From a virus, in the IMG/VR virus record IMGVR_UViG_3300025626_002025: a stretch of 64,000 bases of DNA; one strand, 5' to 3'. How positions within the stretch are numbered: the first letter of the stretch is position 1; every line of letters begins with the position of its first letter. The notes under the pieces were generated by a model. It worked only from the letters and a program-made list of their open reading frames with translations, searched no databases and had not been told where the DNA came from. Positions 10,222-20,289 of the stretch are shown here, piece after piece. A program made the position numbers and the translations under genes.

Positions 10222-12135
10222 TTAAAATGTACCACCATCGATAGTATTTGTTGCTGAATATGTCCCACTTCCATCTGAAACTAAGAAATCACCATCAGTA
10301 CTTGAAGCAATTGATACTAATTGTTTAGAACCATTTGAAACTAAGAATGAAGATGCAGTTAAACCACTAAGAATTAAATCATTTGAAATTGTTACAGTTG
10401 TACCACTTTCAGAAATAATAGAATCAGTAATTACACCATCAGCTGAGAATTTAGTTATTTTCCCTGCAGTATCAGTTCCGTTACCAACAATTACCCTAGC
10501 TTCAGAATCTTTCGCTCCAGCTTTCCAATAATCATTAGTACCATCCCAAAGAATAGAACCACTTGTTAAGTTACCACCAGTTACATCAGAAACATAAAGT
10601 CCACCATCGGTAGCAGAACCACCATAGTTAACGTTGATGATATTATCTTCAACATTTAATGTAGTAGTGTTAGTTTGAACAGTATCTCCACTTACAGTTA
10701 AGTTACCACTAATTATCATGTTACCACCAACTGTTACGTTATCAGGTAATCCAATTTGTACTTGATTATCAGTTACTGCAGTTGTTATTTCATTTGCAGT
10801 ACCTGCGAATACTAAAGTATCTACACCAACATTTACTGTATCAGTAGAAGAACCATCCCCTACAACCAATCCTAATGAACCAGATGTTAATTCTGAACCA
10901 CCAAAATCAATTTTTGAATGATTTACTCCACTAATTTGTGTGTTAGTAAGTCCAGTTACTTGAGATGAACCACTAATTACATCAGTTGCTCTTAAGAAAG
11001 CTTGTACATTGGTATCAAAGTTTGTGATTGAATCTGCATTTACTTGAGATGAACCACTAATTACAGTATCTGCATCTAATTTAAGTTTTACAAGTGCATC
11101 AGTATAACCAACTTTGCCGTTGTTTGTAGTAATGTTTCCTGCTTGAGTAGGAGTAATTGTTGTTGTATTACCTGCAAGTGCATCTCCAGCTCCTGTTCCT
11201 ACAACTACTAAAGTTGGTAAGTTTGATATATCTGAAGAATAATCTACTTGTCCTAGTGTAATTGCTTGACCAGAAATTGATAAATAATCATGAGAATCAT
11301 CAACTAAAGTTACATTAGTTGAATTATCAGTTCCAGCTGCATCTACACCAATTGTAGTTCTAACTGCTCCTGCATCTGCATCATCTAAAATAGTTTGAGC
11401 GAATGTTGAAGCAACTTGGTCTGAACCAGAAACTACACCATCTGCATCTATTTTAAGTTTTACTCTTGCATCTGTATAAAAAAGATTACTTGAACCTTCT
11501 GTTAGTTCATCTGTATTATCTTGAGCTGCTGCTTTAGAATCTACATATGCTTTTACAGATTGTTGAGTTGGTACTTTAGTTGCTGAATTAGATGTGAAGT
11601 TATCTTCATCGATAGAAACTAAATCTAATACTTGTTGTGCTCCTGAAACGAATCCACTTGCATCAGTATCTAAATTAAGAGTTACCGATGAATCAGATGA
11701 TTGGTTACCAGTAAATGTACCACCACCACTTAGGTTTGTTCCTGCAGTTATAGTAAGTGTTGAATCGTTTACACCACCCAAACTTTGTACTTGTGCAGAA
11801 GAAGATACTATACCTGTACCATCTAAATCTAACGAAGTTTTCTTAAGAACGATATCAATATTTCCATCATTTCTTAAAATTTGTAATTTTTTATCGGTTG
11901 TGTTGTAAAATGGTAACCCATTTACACCCGCATCATAAGAAGTCATATTTGGTGAAGAAGAACCTGTTAAGATTTTGTTCACCGAGGTTAAATCAGAGTG
12001 GTTTCCAACAAAGACCAAACCATCCGCTAATGCAGATATCGTTGAGCCCGTTACAACTAGTAATTCACCTTTATTGGCGGTTACTCCACTCAAATCTTCT
12101 AATACACCTCTTTTGTGCTGAATAATTTGTGCCAT
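10222..12135 (-). CDS. Tail fibre-like virion protein (637 aa)
   Basis: MAQIIQHKRG...KGEL N-terminus (Mtd_N/hyaluronidase-N-like), modules shared with neighbouring fibres, and a C-terminal IDGGTF. Confidence 0.75.
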   Translation of the reverse strand: MAQIIQHKRGVLEDLSGVTANKGELLVVTGSTISALADGLVFVGNHSDLTSVNKILTGSSSPNMTSYDAGVNGLPFYNTTDKKLQILRNDGNIDIVLKKTSLDLDGTGIVSSSAQVQSLGGVNDSTLTITAGTNLSGGGTFTGNQSSDSSVTLNLDTDASGFVSGAQQVLDLVSIDEDNFTSNSATKVPTQQSVKAYVDSKAAAQDNTDELTEGSSNLFYTDARVKLKIDADGVVSGSDQVASTFAQTILDDADAGAVRTTIGVDAAGTDNSTNVTLVDDSHDYLSISGQAITLGQVDYSSDISNLPTLVVVGTGAGDALAGNTTTITPTQAGNITTNNGKVGYTDALVKLKLDADTVISGSSQVNADSITNFDTNVQAFLRATDVISGSSQVTGLTNTQISGVNHSKIDFGGSELTSGSLGLVVGDGSSTDTVNVGVDTLVFAGTANEITTAVTDNQVQIGLPDNVTVGGNMIISGNLTVSGDTVQTNTTTLNVEDNIINVNYGGSATDGGLYVSDVTGGNLTSGSILWDGTNDYWKAGAKDSEARVIVGNGTDTAGKITKFSADGVITDSIISESGTTVTISNDLILSGLTASSFLVSNGSKQLVSIASSTDGDFLVSDGSGTYSATNTIDGGTF

Positions 12136-12229
12136 TGTTTTTTTTTCCTTTTGTTATATTAATTAATAAATGTTAACCTTTATTTTTTCGGGTCATTTGC
12201 CCTAGTTGCAACTATATAGTTTACCTTAC

Positions 12230-12237
12230 TATAAATA
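12230..12237 (-). promoter_or_regulatory. Putative late promoter TATTTATA
   Basis: Intergenic octamer upstream of the start at 12135. Confidence 0.6.
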
Positions 12238-12247
12238 GAAGATTTAA

Positions 12248-12838
12248 TTATATTAAACCTCCATCTAAATTTATTTTTTGAACACCCTCTACAAAATGTG
12301 TAGAACCTGTACTTACATTTATACCTGTTGAGTTTAATAGAACACCATTACCTGCAGTTAGTTCAAGTACAACATTACCACTTGATGCTCCACCTGTAAT
12401 ACCTTCATCAGATGTGAATACAGCGGTGATATCACCACCACCTCCTCCTCCACCCCCTCCTTCGAGGGAAGATAAATCAATTGAAGATGAAACTCTCGTT
12501 GAACCATCTATATCTTGTCCAAATAAAGTAAGGGTTGATGATGAACTATCAAAAGATGCAGATACAAACGAACCACTATCAAAAGAAAATGGACTAAACG
12601 TTACACTATCTACAAATGTAGTTGGTGGATTTGCTGGTGATACATTTGCTTTATATAATGAACCACTATCTTCTACATATACAATTTGACCATCTGCAAA
12701 ATAGTTTACTGATTCAGAATTTAAAGCAGTCGATGTATAAACTTTAAACGCGCCTTTAATTTTGTCAATATCTGCCAATACAATATTGTTACTTTGGGCA
12801 GTTGATGATAATTGTAATTTTGAACTATACGATGGCAT
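12248..12838 (-). CDS. Small virion/fibre-associated protein (196 aa)
   Basis: Poly-Gly hinge, a GDITAV..GITGG module and a C-terminal LDGG, as in the adjacent fibres. Confidence 0.6.
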   Translation of the reverse strand: MPSYSSKLQLSSTAQSNNIVLADIDKIKGAFKVYTSTALNSESVNYFADGQIVYVEDSGSLYKANVSPANPPTTFVDSVTFSPFSFDSGSFVSASFDSSSSTLTLFGQDIDGSTRVSSSIDLSSLEGGGGGGGGGDITAVFTSDEGITGGASSGNVVLELTAGNGVLLNSTGINVSTGSTHFVEGVQKINLDGGLI

Positions 12839-12874
12839 TTTTATTTTCCTTTATATTAAATATATTATTTTTCA

Positions 12875-15800
12875 TTATACCCCTCCACTTCCACTTACCG
12901 CATTTAATCCTAAATTAAAATTAGTTGAACTCGCAACTTGGTTTGTTGCACCAACTACATACCAATTGGTATATCCAAGGTGTGCAGTTGCTAGTGTTAC
13001 TTGATTAATTTCTGATGATTCTAATGTGTTTGAACCATCAATTGTTGTTCCATCAGTTCCAACTTCTAAAACATATTGTCCATTGGTAGAACCACCATAT
13101 GAATCGGTTGTAGTTGTTGGAATTCCACCCATATCACTTGTAGATGGGAATATTATAATAAAATGATTACTATTACTTCTACTTATTACACCACTAGTTC
13201 CCATTGCTCTTAATACATCATGTACATTTGCTCCTGTCCCTTCTGCTAGTTTAGATGCAGTTTGTGTACCACCAAATGAATAGGTAAATGAACTATCACC
13301 TAGTACATCATCATTTATTATTTGGTCAATAAATCCAATATCACTATATGGTGTTGCTACTGGTGGAGTTGAACCATCTTCACTACTAATACCAATTGAA
13401 GTATTATATGTTGAGTTGTTATATCCACTATCGTACACATAAACCTTTCCGTAATCTGCAGATGTTGCAACTGTGAAACTTCTACTATTATAATCGGTAC
13501 TCTTACCAAAGTTATCAGTTACTCTTACATTATAATTGTAAGTTGCAGCTGATAAATTACCAGATGCTTGTATTCCAACCGAAGAAGAGTTTGCATTTGT
13601 GTACACCAATTGTAATGAACTTGCATCCGTACCACTTAGTGATGCTGAGAATGGAGTATCTGATTCTGTATCAGAAATACTCATACTAACCATAGTAGTA
13701 CCAGTTGTTGCATTATCGGTTTCAAAGTTTGAAGTTTGATTTGTAAATGTAGCAGTTGGTGCTAGATTAGCAAATACATTCGCAGTTACAGTTCCACTTC
13801 CAGCATTACCATATTGGTCTTGGAATCCGATTGTTGAAACAATATCATCACCACTTGAAGTAGTTGAACCACTAATATCCAATGCAAGTGATAATTGTCC
13901 ACTTGTATTTATTGATATTGCCGGATTTGATGAAGTCCATGATGAACCTTGTACTGCTTGTGAACCATAGTTTGGTGAATAAGATACACTCATTTGTGAT
14001 TGGTTACCTGCACCAAATCCACTTGCATCTCTAATTGCTTCTCCATTTTCTCCTGATTCTATGATGTAAGAAGTTGTATCTCCACCAAGTGTACCATCAT
14101 TCGCTGATGCGATTGTTATTGTTTTACTACTATATGTTGTTGATTTATCATAGTTATCAGTAACTTTAAGATTGTAATTTAAAGTTCCAGCAGATAAATC
14201 TTCATTTGCTCTTATATAAACAGAAGATGAATTAGAGTTTTGATAATCTAAATTAAGTTTAGATGCATCCGTTCCACTCAATGAAGCAGAATATGGTGTA
14301 TCCCCTTCTGTATCTGTAATTCCTACAAGAACTAAGTTTGTATTTGTTGTTGCTAAATTAGCATTTAAGTTTGATGTTTGATTTGTAAATGTTGCAGTTG
14401 GTGCAGCATTTTCTAAAATAGTTACACTTAAACTATCAGTAGTTTGAGTACCGAATGTATTTGTAAATGTAATTGTTGATGTTAATGAATCTCCACTTTG
14501 TTTAGCAGAACCACTTATATCAAATCCTATTGATAAATTACCATTTGAATTTATTGCAATTTCTGAATTAGATGATGCCCATGTACCACTTTGATTTGAA
14601 TTGTAATCTGCTTGTGTTGAACCATAATTTGTTGTCTTTATAGTTGTACCACTTTGTTCTGATTCTTTTATATAAGGACCAGCAGACCAATTATCTGATA
14701 TAGTTGCTGCAATATCATCTGAAACTGGTACACTAACAACTGAAGCTGATGAGATTGTTTCATTAAACGTATCTCGTATTGTTACTCTATATTGATATTG
14801 GTTAATTAAATCAGAATTTAAATGAACTCCTGTTTTTCTTGTTACATTACCACTTGAATCCATGTTGAATGGATTTTCATGTGGGTCAGTTGCTTGTGAT
14901 GTTCCACCATATGAACCACTAGCTACAACTGAACCATCTAGTATTAGTTTATGTAAATTAAAAGATACAAATGATATTGAATCACTTTCATTATCAGTTG
15001 CAGATATATTACCAGCTGATGCTCCATTTGATGAATTTTCATTTAGTCCAGTTACTTGTTGATTACTTAACGTTGGTGCTAAGTTATCAGTTACATTTAT
15101 GGTAATTGGTAAGAAAGTTCTTGAATCGGAATCTTCACCACTTTCATAATGTGCATCCGAAGCAGTTATACTAAATGTATAAGTTGTTTGTTGTTCATAA
15201 TCTAATGAACCAGTATTTTGTCTAATATCAACATAAGTTGAATATTTTGTTATATCGAAATGATTATTATCAATCGATGATGAGGTGATAGTGATTGCAT
15301 CACCTTCCGTATCTGTAAAGAATACTCTTTTTACCAAAGTATTATTTGTAGAGTTTTCATTTAAGTTAGAAGTTACAGAAGTAATAATATTTCCACCAGT
15401 TGAACCTTCTCTAAACTTAGGTGATTCATTTGGTGTTACAAATATCGTAATATCCTTTTCAACAATCGCATTAAATGTATCTGTTGCAGTTGCAGTAAAT
15501 GTATGTCCATGTACTCCACCTACTGAATCAGTATTGAATGATGATGATACTGCTAAAGCATTTAAAGTTAGAACACCATTTGATGCTACTCTAACTAAAT
15601 CATCAGTATAAGATGAAGCAGTTCCGAATGTGAGTGATTGTCCTTCAGCATCTGTTCCTGCAATAGTTACAATTGTTGAACCATTTGATGTATATTCTTC
15701 TATTGTTTGATTACCTGTTGTTATAGTTGGAGTAGTGTTAGGGAAGAATACTTTAGTTATAAATTCTTCAACTGAACCACTTGTACCAAAGTTATTGTTA

Positions 15801-17893
15801 TAAACACCACTTGGTAAATCTGTATTGGATACTACTCTATTTCCATTATATGTTAATTGAGCCGAACTACTTACTATTCCACTACCATCGGTAACTTGAG
15901 ATGAACCACTAATTACACTAGTTCCATCGAGTGTTCTCAATACTGAACCACTAACTACATCAGTTCCATCTAAATTTCTTAATACACTTCCACTAACAAT
16001 ATTACTACCATCTGTAATTTGAGTTGAACCACTAATAACCCCACCAGGCAATTGTGATACAATTGAACCACTCAAAACAGTAGTTCCGTCTAAGGTTCTA
16101 AGTACTGAACCACTAACAACCCCAGTCCCATCTAAGTTTCTAAGTACACTTCCACTAACTACATTCGTTCCACCCAAACTTCTCAATACTGAACCACTTA
16201 CGATTCCACTACCATCAGTTATCTGAGCTGAACTACTAACTATATTTGTTCCATCAAAAGTTCTAATAACAGAACCACTTATAACACCAGTTCCATCTAA
16301 ATTTCTTAATACACTTCCACTAACTACACCATCTCCACTTGAATTAATATACCTTGTATCAAATTCGGTAGTTAATTGTGCTGATGAAGAAACTGTTCCT
16401 GCTGGAATTGAACCACCACCACTTGGTAATGTAATTGAATTACCACTTGATATTGTAAGTTCATTACCATCAATTGATAATGTTTGAGAATCCGTTTCAG
16501 ATGTTAAGTAAGATGAGGTTGCAGCTGATAATGCATCTACTTCAGTTTGTATTGATGAGGTAAATGTGTTAAGTATCGATATATCAGTTTTAGAACCACT
16601 TAAAACGTTAGTTCCATCAAGAGTTCTGATTACAGAACCACTTACAAGATTACTACCATCTGTTATTTGAGATGAACCACTAATTACACCGCTTGGTAAC
16701 GAACTAATAACTTGAGTAGAACCACTAATTGTTCCTGCGGGTACTGAACCCCCACCTCCACTTGGTAATGTAATTGTATTACCAGTTGATATCGTTAATT
16801 GGTCTCCACTTATAGAAAGTGTCTGAGAATCCGTTTCAGATGTTAAATAAGAACCTGTTGCTGCTTCAATACTCGCTAATCTACTATCGGCTGATGATGT
16901 GTATGTGTTTAATGATGATATATCGGTTTTTGAACCACTTAATATACCCGTCCCATCAAATGTTCTAATAACAGAACCACTAACTACATCAGTACCATCA
17001 AGAGTTCTTAATACTGAACCACTAATTACATCAGTTCCATCTAAAGTTCTTAATACTGAACCACTTATTACTCCACTACCATCTAAAGTTCTTAATACTG
17101 AACCACTTATTACTCCTGTTCCATCAAGTGTTGTTAAAACACTTCCACTAACTACACCAGTTCCATCCAAGGTTCTTAATACTGAACCACTTATAATTCC
17201 ACTTGGTTTATTTATAAGATTTGAGTAATCTAATGAACCTACGAATGAAGTTGCAGTAATAGAACCAGTTACATCTAAATCTGCACTTACTTTATACTTA
17301 CCATCTTCAGTAGTCCATATAGAAGAACCTCCACCTCCACCACCTCCTCCGAGGGATGATAGGTCAATAGTATTTCCTTCTGATATGGTTAATTCTTTAG
17401 AAGCTTGATTAAATGTAAGAGTTTGGTCATCTGTATCGGTGATATTTCCGATTGATGTAGCAATTGATGAACTAAACGCAGAGAATCCACTTGTTTGAGT
17501 TATGGAAACTTGAGAAGAACCACTAACATTTCCACTTGGTAAATAATTTAATATTGAGCCACTTAAAACACTAGTTCCATCTAAATTCCTTAATACAGAA
17601 CCACTAATTACACCTGTTCCGTCTAAAGTTCTTAGTACAGAACCACTTACGATATTACTACCATCTGTAATTTGTGTTGAACCACTTATTATAGTTGGTA
17701 ATGATACGAGTGAACTAAATGGTATATTAGTAAGTGAGTTTCCATCTCCTTGAAATGAACCAGTAAATGAACCACTAACACCAGATGCTTCAGATAGGTT
17801 AACTAACCCACCACCTGCTACTGTAAAATCTCCTTCGATTACCGATGCAGTTACTACACCTTGTATCTGTTTACTTTGAATTAATGTTGCCAT
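12875..17893 (-). CDS. Large virion adhesin-like protein: SGS-repeat stalk plus cadherin-like/Ig domains (1672 aa)
   Basis: N-terminal half has 14-aa VxSGSVLRTLDGT repeats. C-terminal half has cadherin motifs (NESPKF, LNENS, TDTEGD, LDYEQQTTYTFSITASD). Confidence 0.75.
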   Translation of the reverse strand: MATLIQSKQIQGVVTASVIEGDFTVAGGGLVNLSEASGVSGSFTGSFQGDGNSLTNIPFSSLVSLPTIISGSTQITDGSNIVSGSVLRTLDGTGVISGSVLRNLDGTSVLSGSILNYLPSGNVSGSSQVSITQTSGFSAFSSSIATSIGNITDTDDQTLTFNQASKELTISEGNTIDLSSLGGGGGGGGSSIWTTEDGKYKVSADLDVTGSITATSFVGSLDYSNLINKPSGIISGSVLRTLDGTGVVSGSVLTTLDGTGVISGSVLRTLDGSGVISGSVLRTLDGTDVISGSVLRTLDGTDVVSGSVIRTFDGTGILSGSKTDISSLNTYTSSADSRLASIEAATGSYLTSETDSQTLSISGDQLTISTGNTITLPSGGGGSVPAGTISGSTQVISSLPSGVISGSSQITDGSNLVSGSVIRTLDGTNVLSGSKTDISILNTFTSSIQTEVDALSAATSSYLTSETDSQTLSIDGNELTISSGNSITLPSGGGSIPAGTVSSSAQLTTEFDTRYINSSGDGVVSGSVLRNLDGTGVISGSVIRTFDGTNIVSSSAQITDGSGIVSGSVLRSLGGTNVVSGSVLRNLDGTGVVSGSVLRTLDGTTVLSGSIVSQLPGGVISGSTQITDGSNIVSGSVLRNLDGTDVVSGSVLRTLDGTSVISGSSQVTDGSGIVSSSAQLTYNGNRVVSNTDLPSGVYNNNFGTSGSVEEFITKVFFPNTTPTITTGNQTIEEYTSNGSTIVTIAGTDAEGQSLTFGTASSYTDDLVRVASNGVLTLNALAVSSSFNTDSVGGVHGHTFTATATDTFNAIVEKDITIFVTPNESPKFREGSTGGNIITSVTSNLNENSTNNTLVKRVFFTDTEGDAITITSSSIDNNHFDITKYSTYVDIRQNTGSLDYEQQTTYTFSITASDAHYESGEDSDSRTFLPITINVTDNLAPTLSNQQVTGLNENSSNGASAGNISATDNESDSISFVSFNLHKLILDGSVVASGSYGGTSQATDPHENPFNMDSSGNVTRKTGVHLNSDLINQYQYRVTIRDTFNETISSASVVSVPVSDDIAATISDNWSAGPYIKESEQSGTTIKTTNYGSTQADYNSNQSGTWASSNSEIAINSNGNLSIGFDISGSAKQSGDSLTSTITFTNTFGTQTTDSLSVTILENAAPTATFTNQTSNLNANLATTNTNLVLVGITDTEGDTPYSASLSGTDASKLNLDYQNSNSSSVYIRANEDLSAGTLNYNLKVTDNYDKSTTYSSKTITIASANDGTLGGDTTSYIIESGENGEAIRDASGFGAGNQSQMSVSYSPNYGSQAVQGSSWTSSNPAISINTSGQLSLALDISGSTTSSGDDIVSTIGFQDQYGNAGSGTVTANVFANLAPTATFTNQTSNFETDNATTGTTMVSMSISDTESDTPFSASLSGTDASSLQLVYTNANSSSVGIQASGNLSAATYNYNVRVTDNFGKSTDYNSRSFTVATSADYGKVYVYDSGYNNSTYNTSIGISSEDGSTPPVATPYSDIGFIDQIINDDVLGDSSFTYSFGGTQTASKLAEGTGANVHDVLRAMGTSGVISRSNSNHFIIIFPSTSDMGGIPTTTTDSYGGSTNGQYVLEVGTDGTTIDGSNTLESSEINQVTLATAHLGYTNWYVVGATNQVASSTNFNLGLNAVSGSGGV
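16932..17201 (-). repeat. 42-bp (14-aa) coding tandem repeat, about 6 contiguous copies with more dispersed at 15.9-17.7 kb
   Basis: Repeated GVISGSVLRTLDGT units; DNA gttcttaatactgaaccact recurs. Confidence 0.9.
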
Positions 17894-17894
17894 A

Positions 17895-18260
17895 TTATCT
17901 GCTCACTATCTTTCCTTTTACTGAGAAATCTGTATATACAACTAGCTCTGGTGCTAATGTAATATTTTCAGTAAAATTAATTACTATATCTGTTTCATTT
18001 TGTGTAACCGAGTAACTACTTGAAGTTTTTTTAACTCCTTGTAGATAAACATCAACATAATCTGCAGATGAATCTACTTTTATCTCTTCAAAAACAAATC
18101 TTTTATTAGAAAGAGTAACAGTAAATAAATTACCACTCAAACTAATAGAATCTGGAATGTGGGTAAAAATAGATGTATCACTTATTACCTCGTTTACCAA
18201 TTCTCTAAATCTTTGTTTATCATCAAAGGGAGTTACAATATTTGGTTTCTTTTTACTCAT
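17895..18260 (-). CDS. Putative structural protein (beta-domain with VYLQGV motif)
   Basis: Located in the neck/tail operon; similar to the neighbouring 109-aa protein and the gp15-like C-terminus. Confidence 0.5.
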   Translation of the reverse strand: MSKKKPNIVTPFDDKQRFRELVNEVISDTSIFTHIPDSISLSGNLFTVTLSNKRFVFEEIKVDSSADYVDVYLQGVKKTSSSYSVTQNETDIVINFTENITLAPELVVYTDFSVKGKIVSR

Positions 18261-18586
18261 ACTGATTCAATATCTCCTTCAACTTTAATATCATCATCAC
18301 TTTCCAAATTAAATGGAAAATTTTCTTTTATAAATTTAACTAAAAAGTCATTATCTTTCTGCTCAGTTATATAATCTCGTTCCAATATAAACTGACCATT
18401 TATAAATATATCAAACCTTGAGTGTTCTTTCCTATTTTTGTGTAATTTTATATTTAAATCTTTCATTTTTACATTAGGGACTTTCCATATAAAATATTTT
18501 GGATGACGAGAATTAACTTCTTCAAGTTTAAATTCATTAAACTCGTGTACTTGTTCTAATATTTTTTTTAAATCCTTGATAGCCAT
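18257..18586 (-). CDS. Putative structural protein (FDIFINGQ beta-domain)
   Basis: Translationally coupled to its neighbours; motif shared with flanking genes. Confidence 0.5.
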   Translation of the reverse strand: MAIKDLKKILEQVHEFNEFKLEEVNSRHPKYFIWKVPNVKMKDLNIKLHKNRKEHSRFDIFINGQFILERDYITEQKDNDFLVKFIKENFPFNLESDDDIKVEGDIESV

Positions 18587-19719
18587 TATAGTTCTAAAAA
18601 TTTACCAGTTATACCAAATTCATCACCACTTTCGAGTATATAACCCAATTCAGTTGCAGTTGCAACTAGTCTACCATCACCATCTAGGGAACCTGTTCCA
18701 AAGTTAAACGTAATTTCATTTGAAGTTTTCTGAGATGTATAATTATACTTGTTATATGGTATAAGTACACCATTAATATAAACTCTAAACCAATCATCTA
18801 CATCAAATACCCCAACAAGTTGAGGTGGAAGTACTGGTAATTCTACATTAGTTAATTTTACGGAATCTGCATCTATAAAAGTTGCATCTTGGCTTCCTCT
18901 GATTGACATGAAATCAATTACATCAGCATATTCAGAATCTAATGATTGTTGTCCCATATTTAGAGATTTTCCTGTTAAATCAGTTTCCGTACCGAAAACA
19001 ACCTTTTTAGGTCCTATTACTTTTTTATGAGTACTTTCATTATCAAATTGTTCTGGTAAAAGATATGCATTAACCATCATTGTGAATGTTGTACGAACAA
19101 TTCGTTGTGTTCCTTCACCAACTTCAGTTGTATTATCAAATGAATCTATTTTTGTTCTAAATTTAAATCCACCCTTATCTCCCCAATACTCATCTGTTGC
19201 ATATTGAAATGCTTCAACGATTTTATTCATGTGTTCTGTAAAATCAGTCCATATTATTACTTCATATGATACAGTAACATAATCAGGCATTACTATATCG
19301 TAGAAATTAACTGGTTTTTCAGTTCGAGTTATTGCAGAAAATCTATCATATCTATGTTTCTTTGAATATCGAGATACTGCTGAATAAGATACATGGCGAT
19401 TCATTGTAGATGCCAAAGTATCATCTCTTGCAACAGAGTTTCTTTTAAACATTACTAATGGAATTTGAATCATTCCATTCTTATCTCTAAGATATCCATC
19501 CTTTTGTACAGATTTCCATCTTTCGGGATTACCATATACAACAGGTATCTTTTGTTTCTCTTCAAATATTTCAACAGTAGGTAAAATAGTATCTATCATG
19601 TGTTCAGCTATTGCCATATCCACATCATATAACTTTACACCTCTCCCAGTCTCAATACTTTCTGTTTTATATTGAGTTGCTCTGTTCTTATTGATATTTT
19701 TTAATGGGTCTATTGCCAT
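18586..19719 (-). CDS. T4 gp15-like tail sheath stabiliser/terminator with C-terminal extra domain
   Basis: IPVVYGNPERW...PL...PDYVTVSYEVIIWT..EHMNKIVE pattern; follows the gp13/gp14-like genes. Confidence 0.65.
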   Translation of the reverse strand: MAIDPLKNINKNRATQYKTESIETGRGVKLYDVDMAIAEHMIDTILPTVEIFEEKQKIPVVYGNPERWKSVQKDGYLRDKNGMIQIPLVMFKRNSVARDDTLASTMNRHVSYSAVSRYSKKHRYDRFSAITRTEKPVNFYDIVMPDYVTVSYEVIIWTDFTEHMNKIVEAFQYATDEYWGDKGGFKFRTKIDSFDNTTEVGEGTQRIVRTTFTMMVNAYLLPEQFDNESTHKKVIGPKKVVFGTETDLTGKSLNMGQQSLDSEYADVIDFMSIRGSQDATFIDADSVKLTNVELPVLPPQLVGVFDVDDWFRVYINGVLIPYNKYNYTSQKTSNEITFNFGTGSLDGDGRLVATATELGYILESGDEFGITGKFLEL

Positions 19720-19721
19720 AA

Positions 19722-20285
19722 TTAACTATATATCCTATCATCTATTTGTATTTGACTTCTTCTCACCATTAATGCAGATGCAATCAATACATTACTAGCA
19801 TCTTCAAATGTATTTGAATTTTTATCGTATATTTCCGGTGAACCACCAATCCATTGAGGTTCTCTTACATTATCTATTTCATAATAGATAGTATCATATA
19901 AAATTACATCACCAATCTCTGGATATCCAACAGTTACGTTTTGAATTGCTTCTGTTGGTACTAATGTACCATTTACATCCCTAACTTTTGGAACTGCATA
20001 AGAAGTATCTCTAATTCTCTGTCTATTGAATCTAAATTCAACTAAACCTTGTTTATCTGGTCCGAATCCTTCATAAGTAACATTAATTGGCTCTCTATCT
20101 ACGATTGCCATCATAGTTGCAGGTGCTCTCCATACCTTACCTAAAGATTCTCCGTATAGATTTGTTTTAGTTTCACCAACAGATACCTTAAACAAGGTTA
20201 CTGCTTGCTCTACAACATAATCCACCACTTCTTCTGAAATAGTTTTTATGAAATCCAAATCTCGTGAGTTAAAAAACTTTGGCAT
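19722..20285 (-). CDS. T4 gp14-like head completion/neck protein
   Basis: TNLYGES and PEIGDVI..YYEI motifs; lies between the gp13-like and gp15-like genes. Confidence 0.65.
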   Translation of the reverse strand: MPKFFNSRDLDFIKTISEEVVDYVVEQAVTLFKVSVGETKTNLYGESLGKVWRAPATMMAIVDREPINVTYEGFGPDKQGLVEFRFNRQRIRDTSYAVPKVRDVNGTLVPTEAIQNVTVGYPEIGDVILYDTIYYEIDNVREPQWIGGSPEIYDKNSNTFEDASNVLIASALMVRRSQIQIDDRIYS

Positions 20286-20289
20286 AACG

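Noticed and set aside
1920-11630. Diversity-generating retroelement template/variable repeat pair
   Set aside because: There is no reverse transcriptase in the window, and differences between copies are mostly synonymous rather than adenine-specific.
601-17201. Regularly spaced repeats as a CRISPR array
   Set aside because: The repeats are in-frame coding units with repeated, not unique, intervening sequence, and there are no cas genes.
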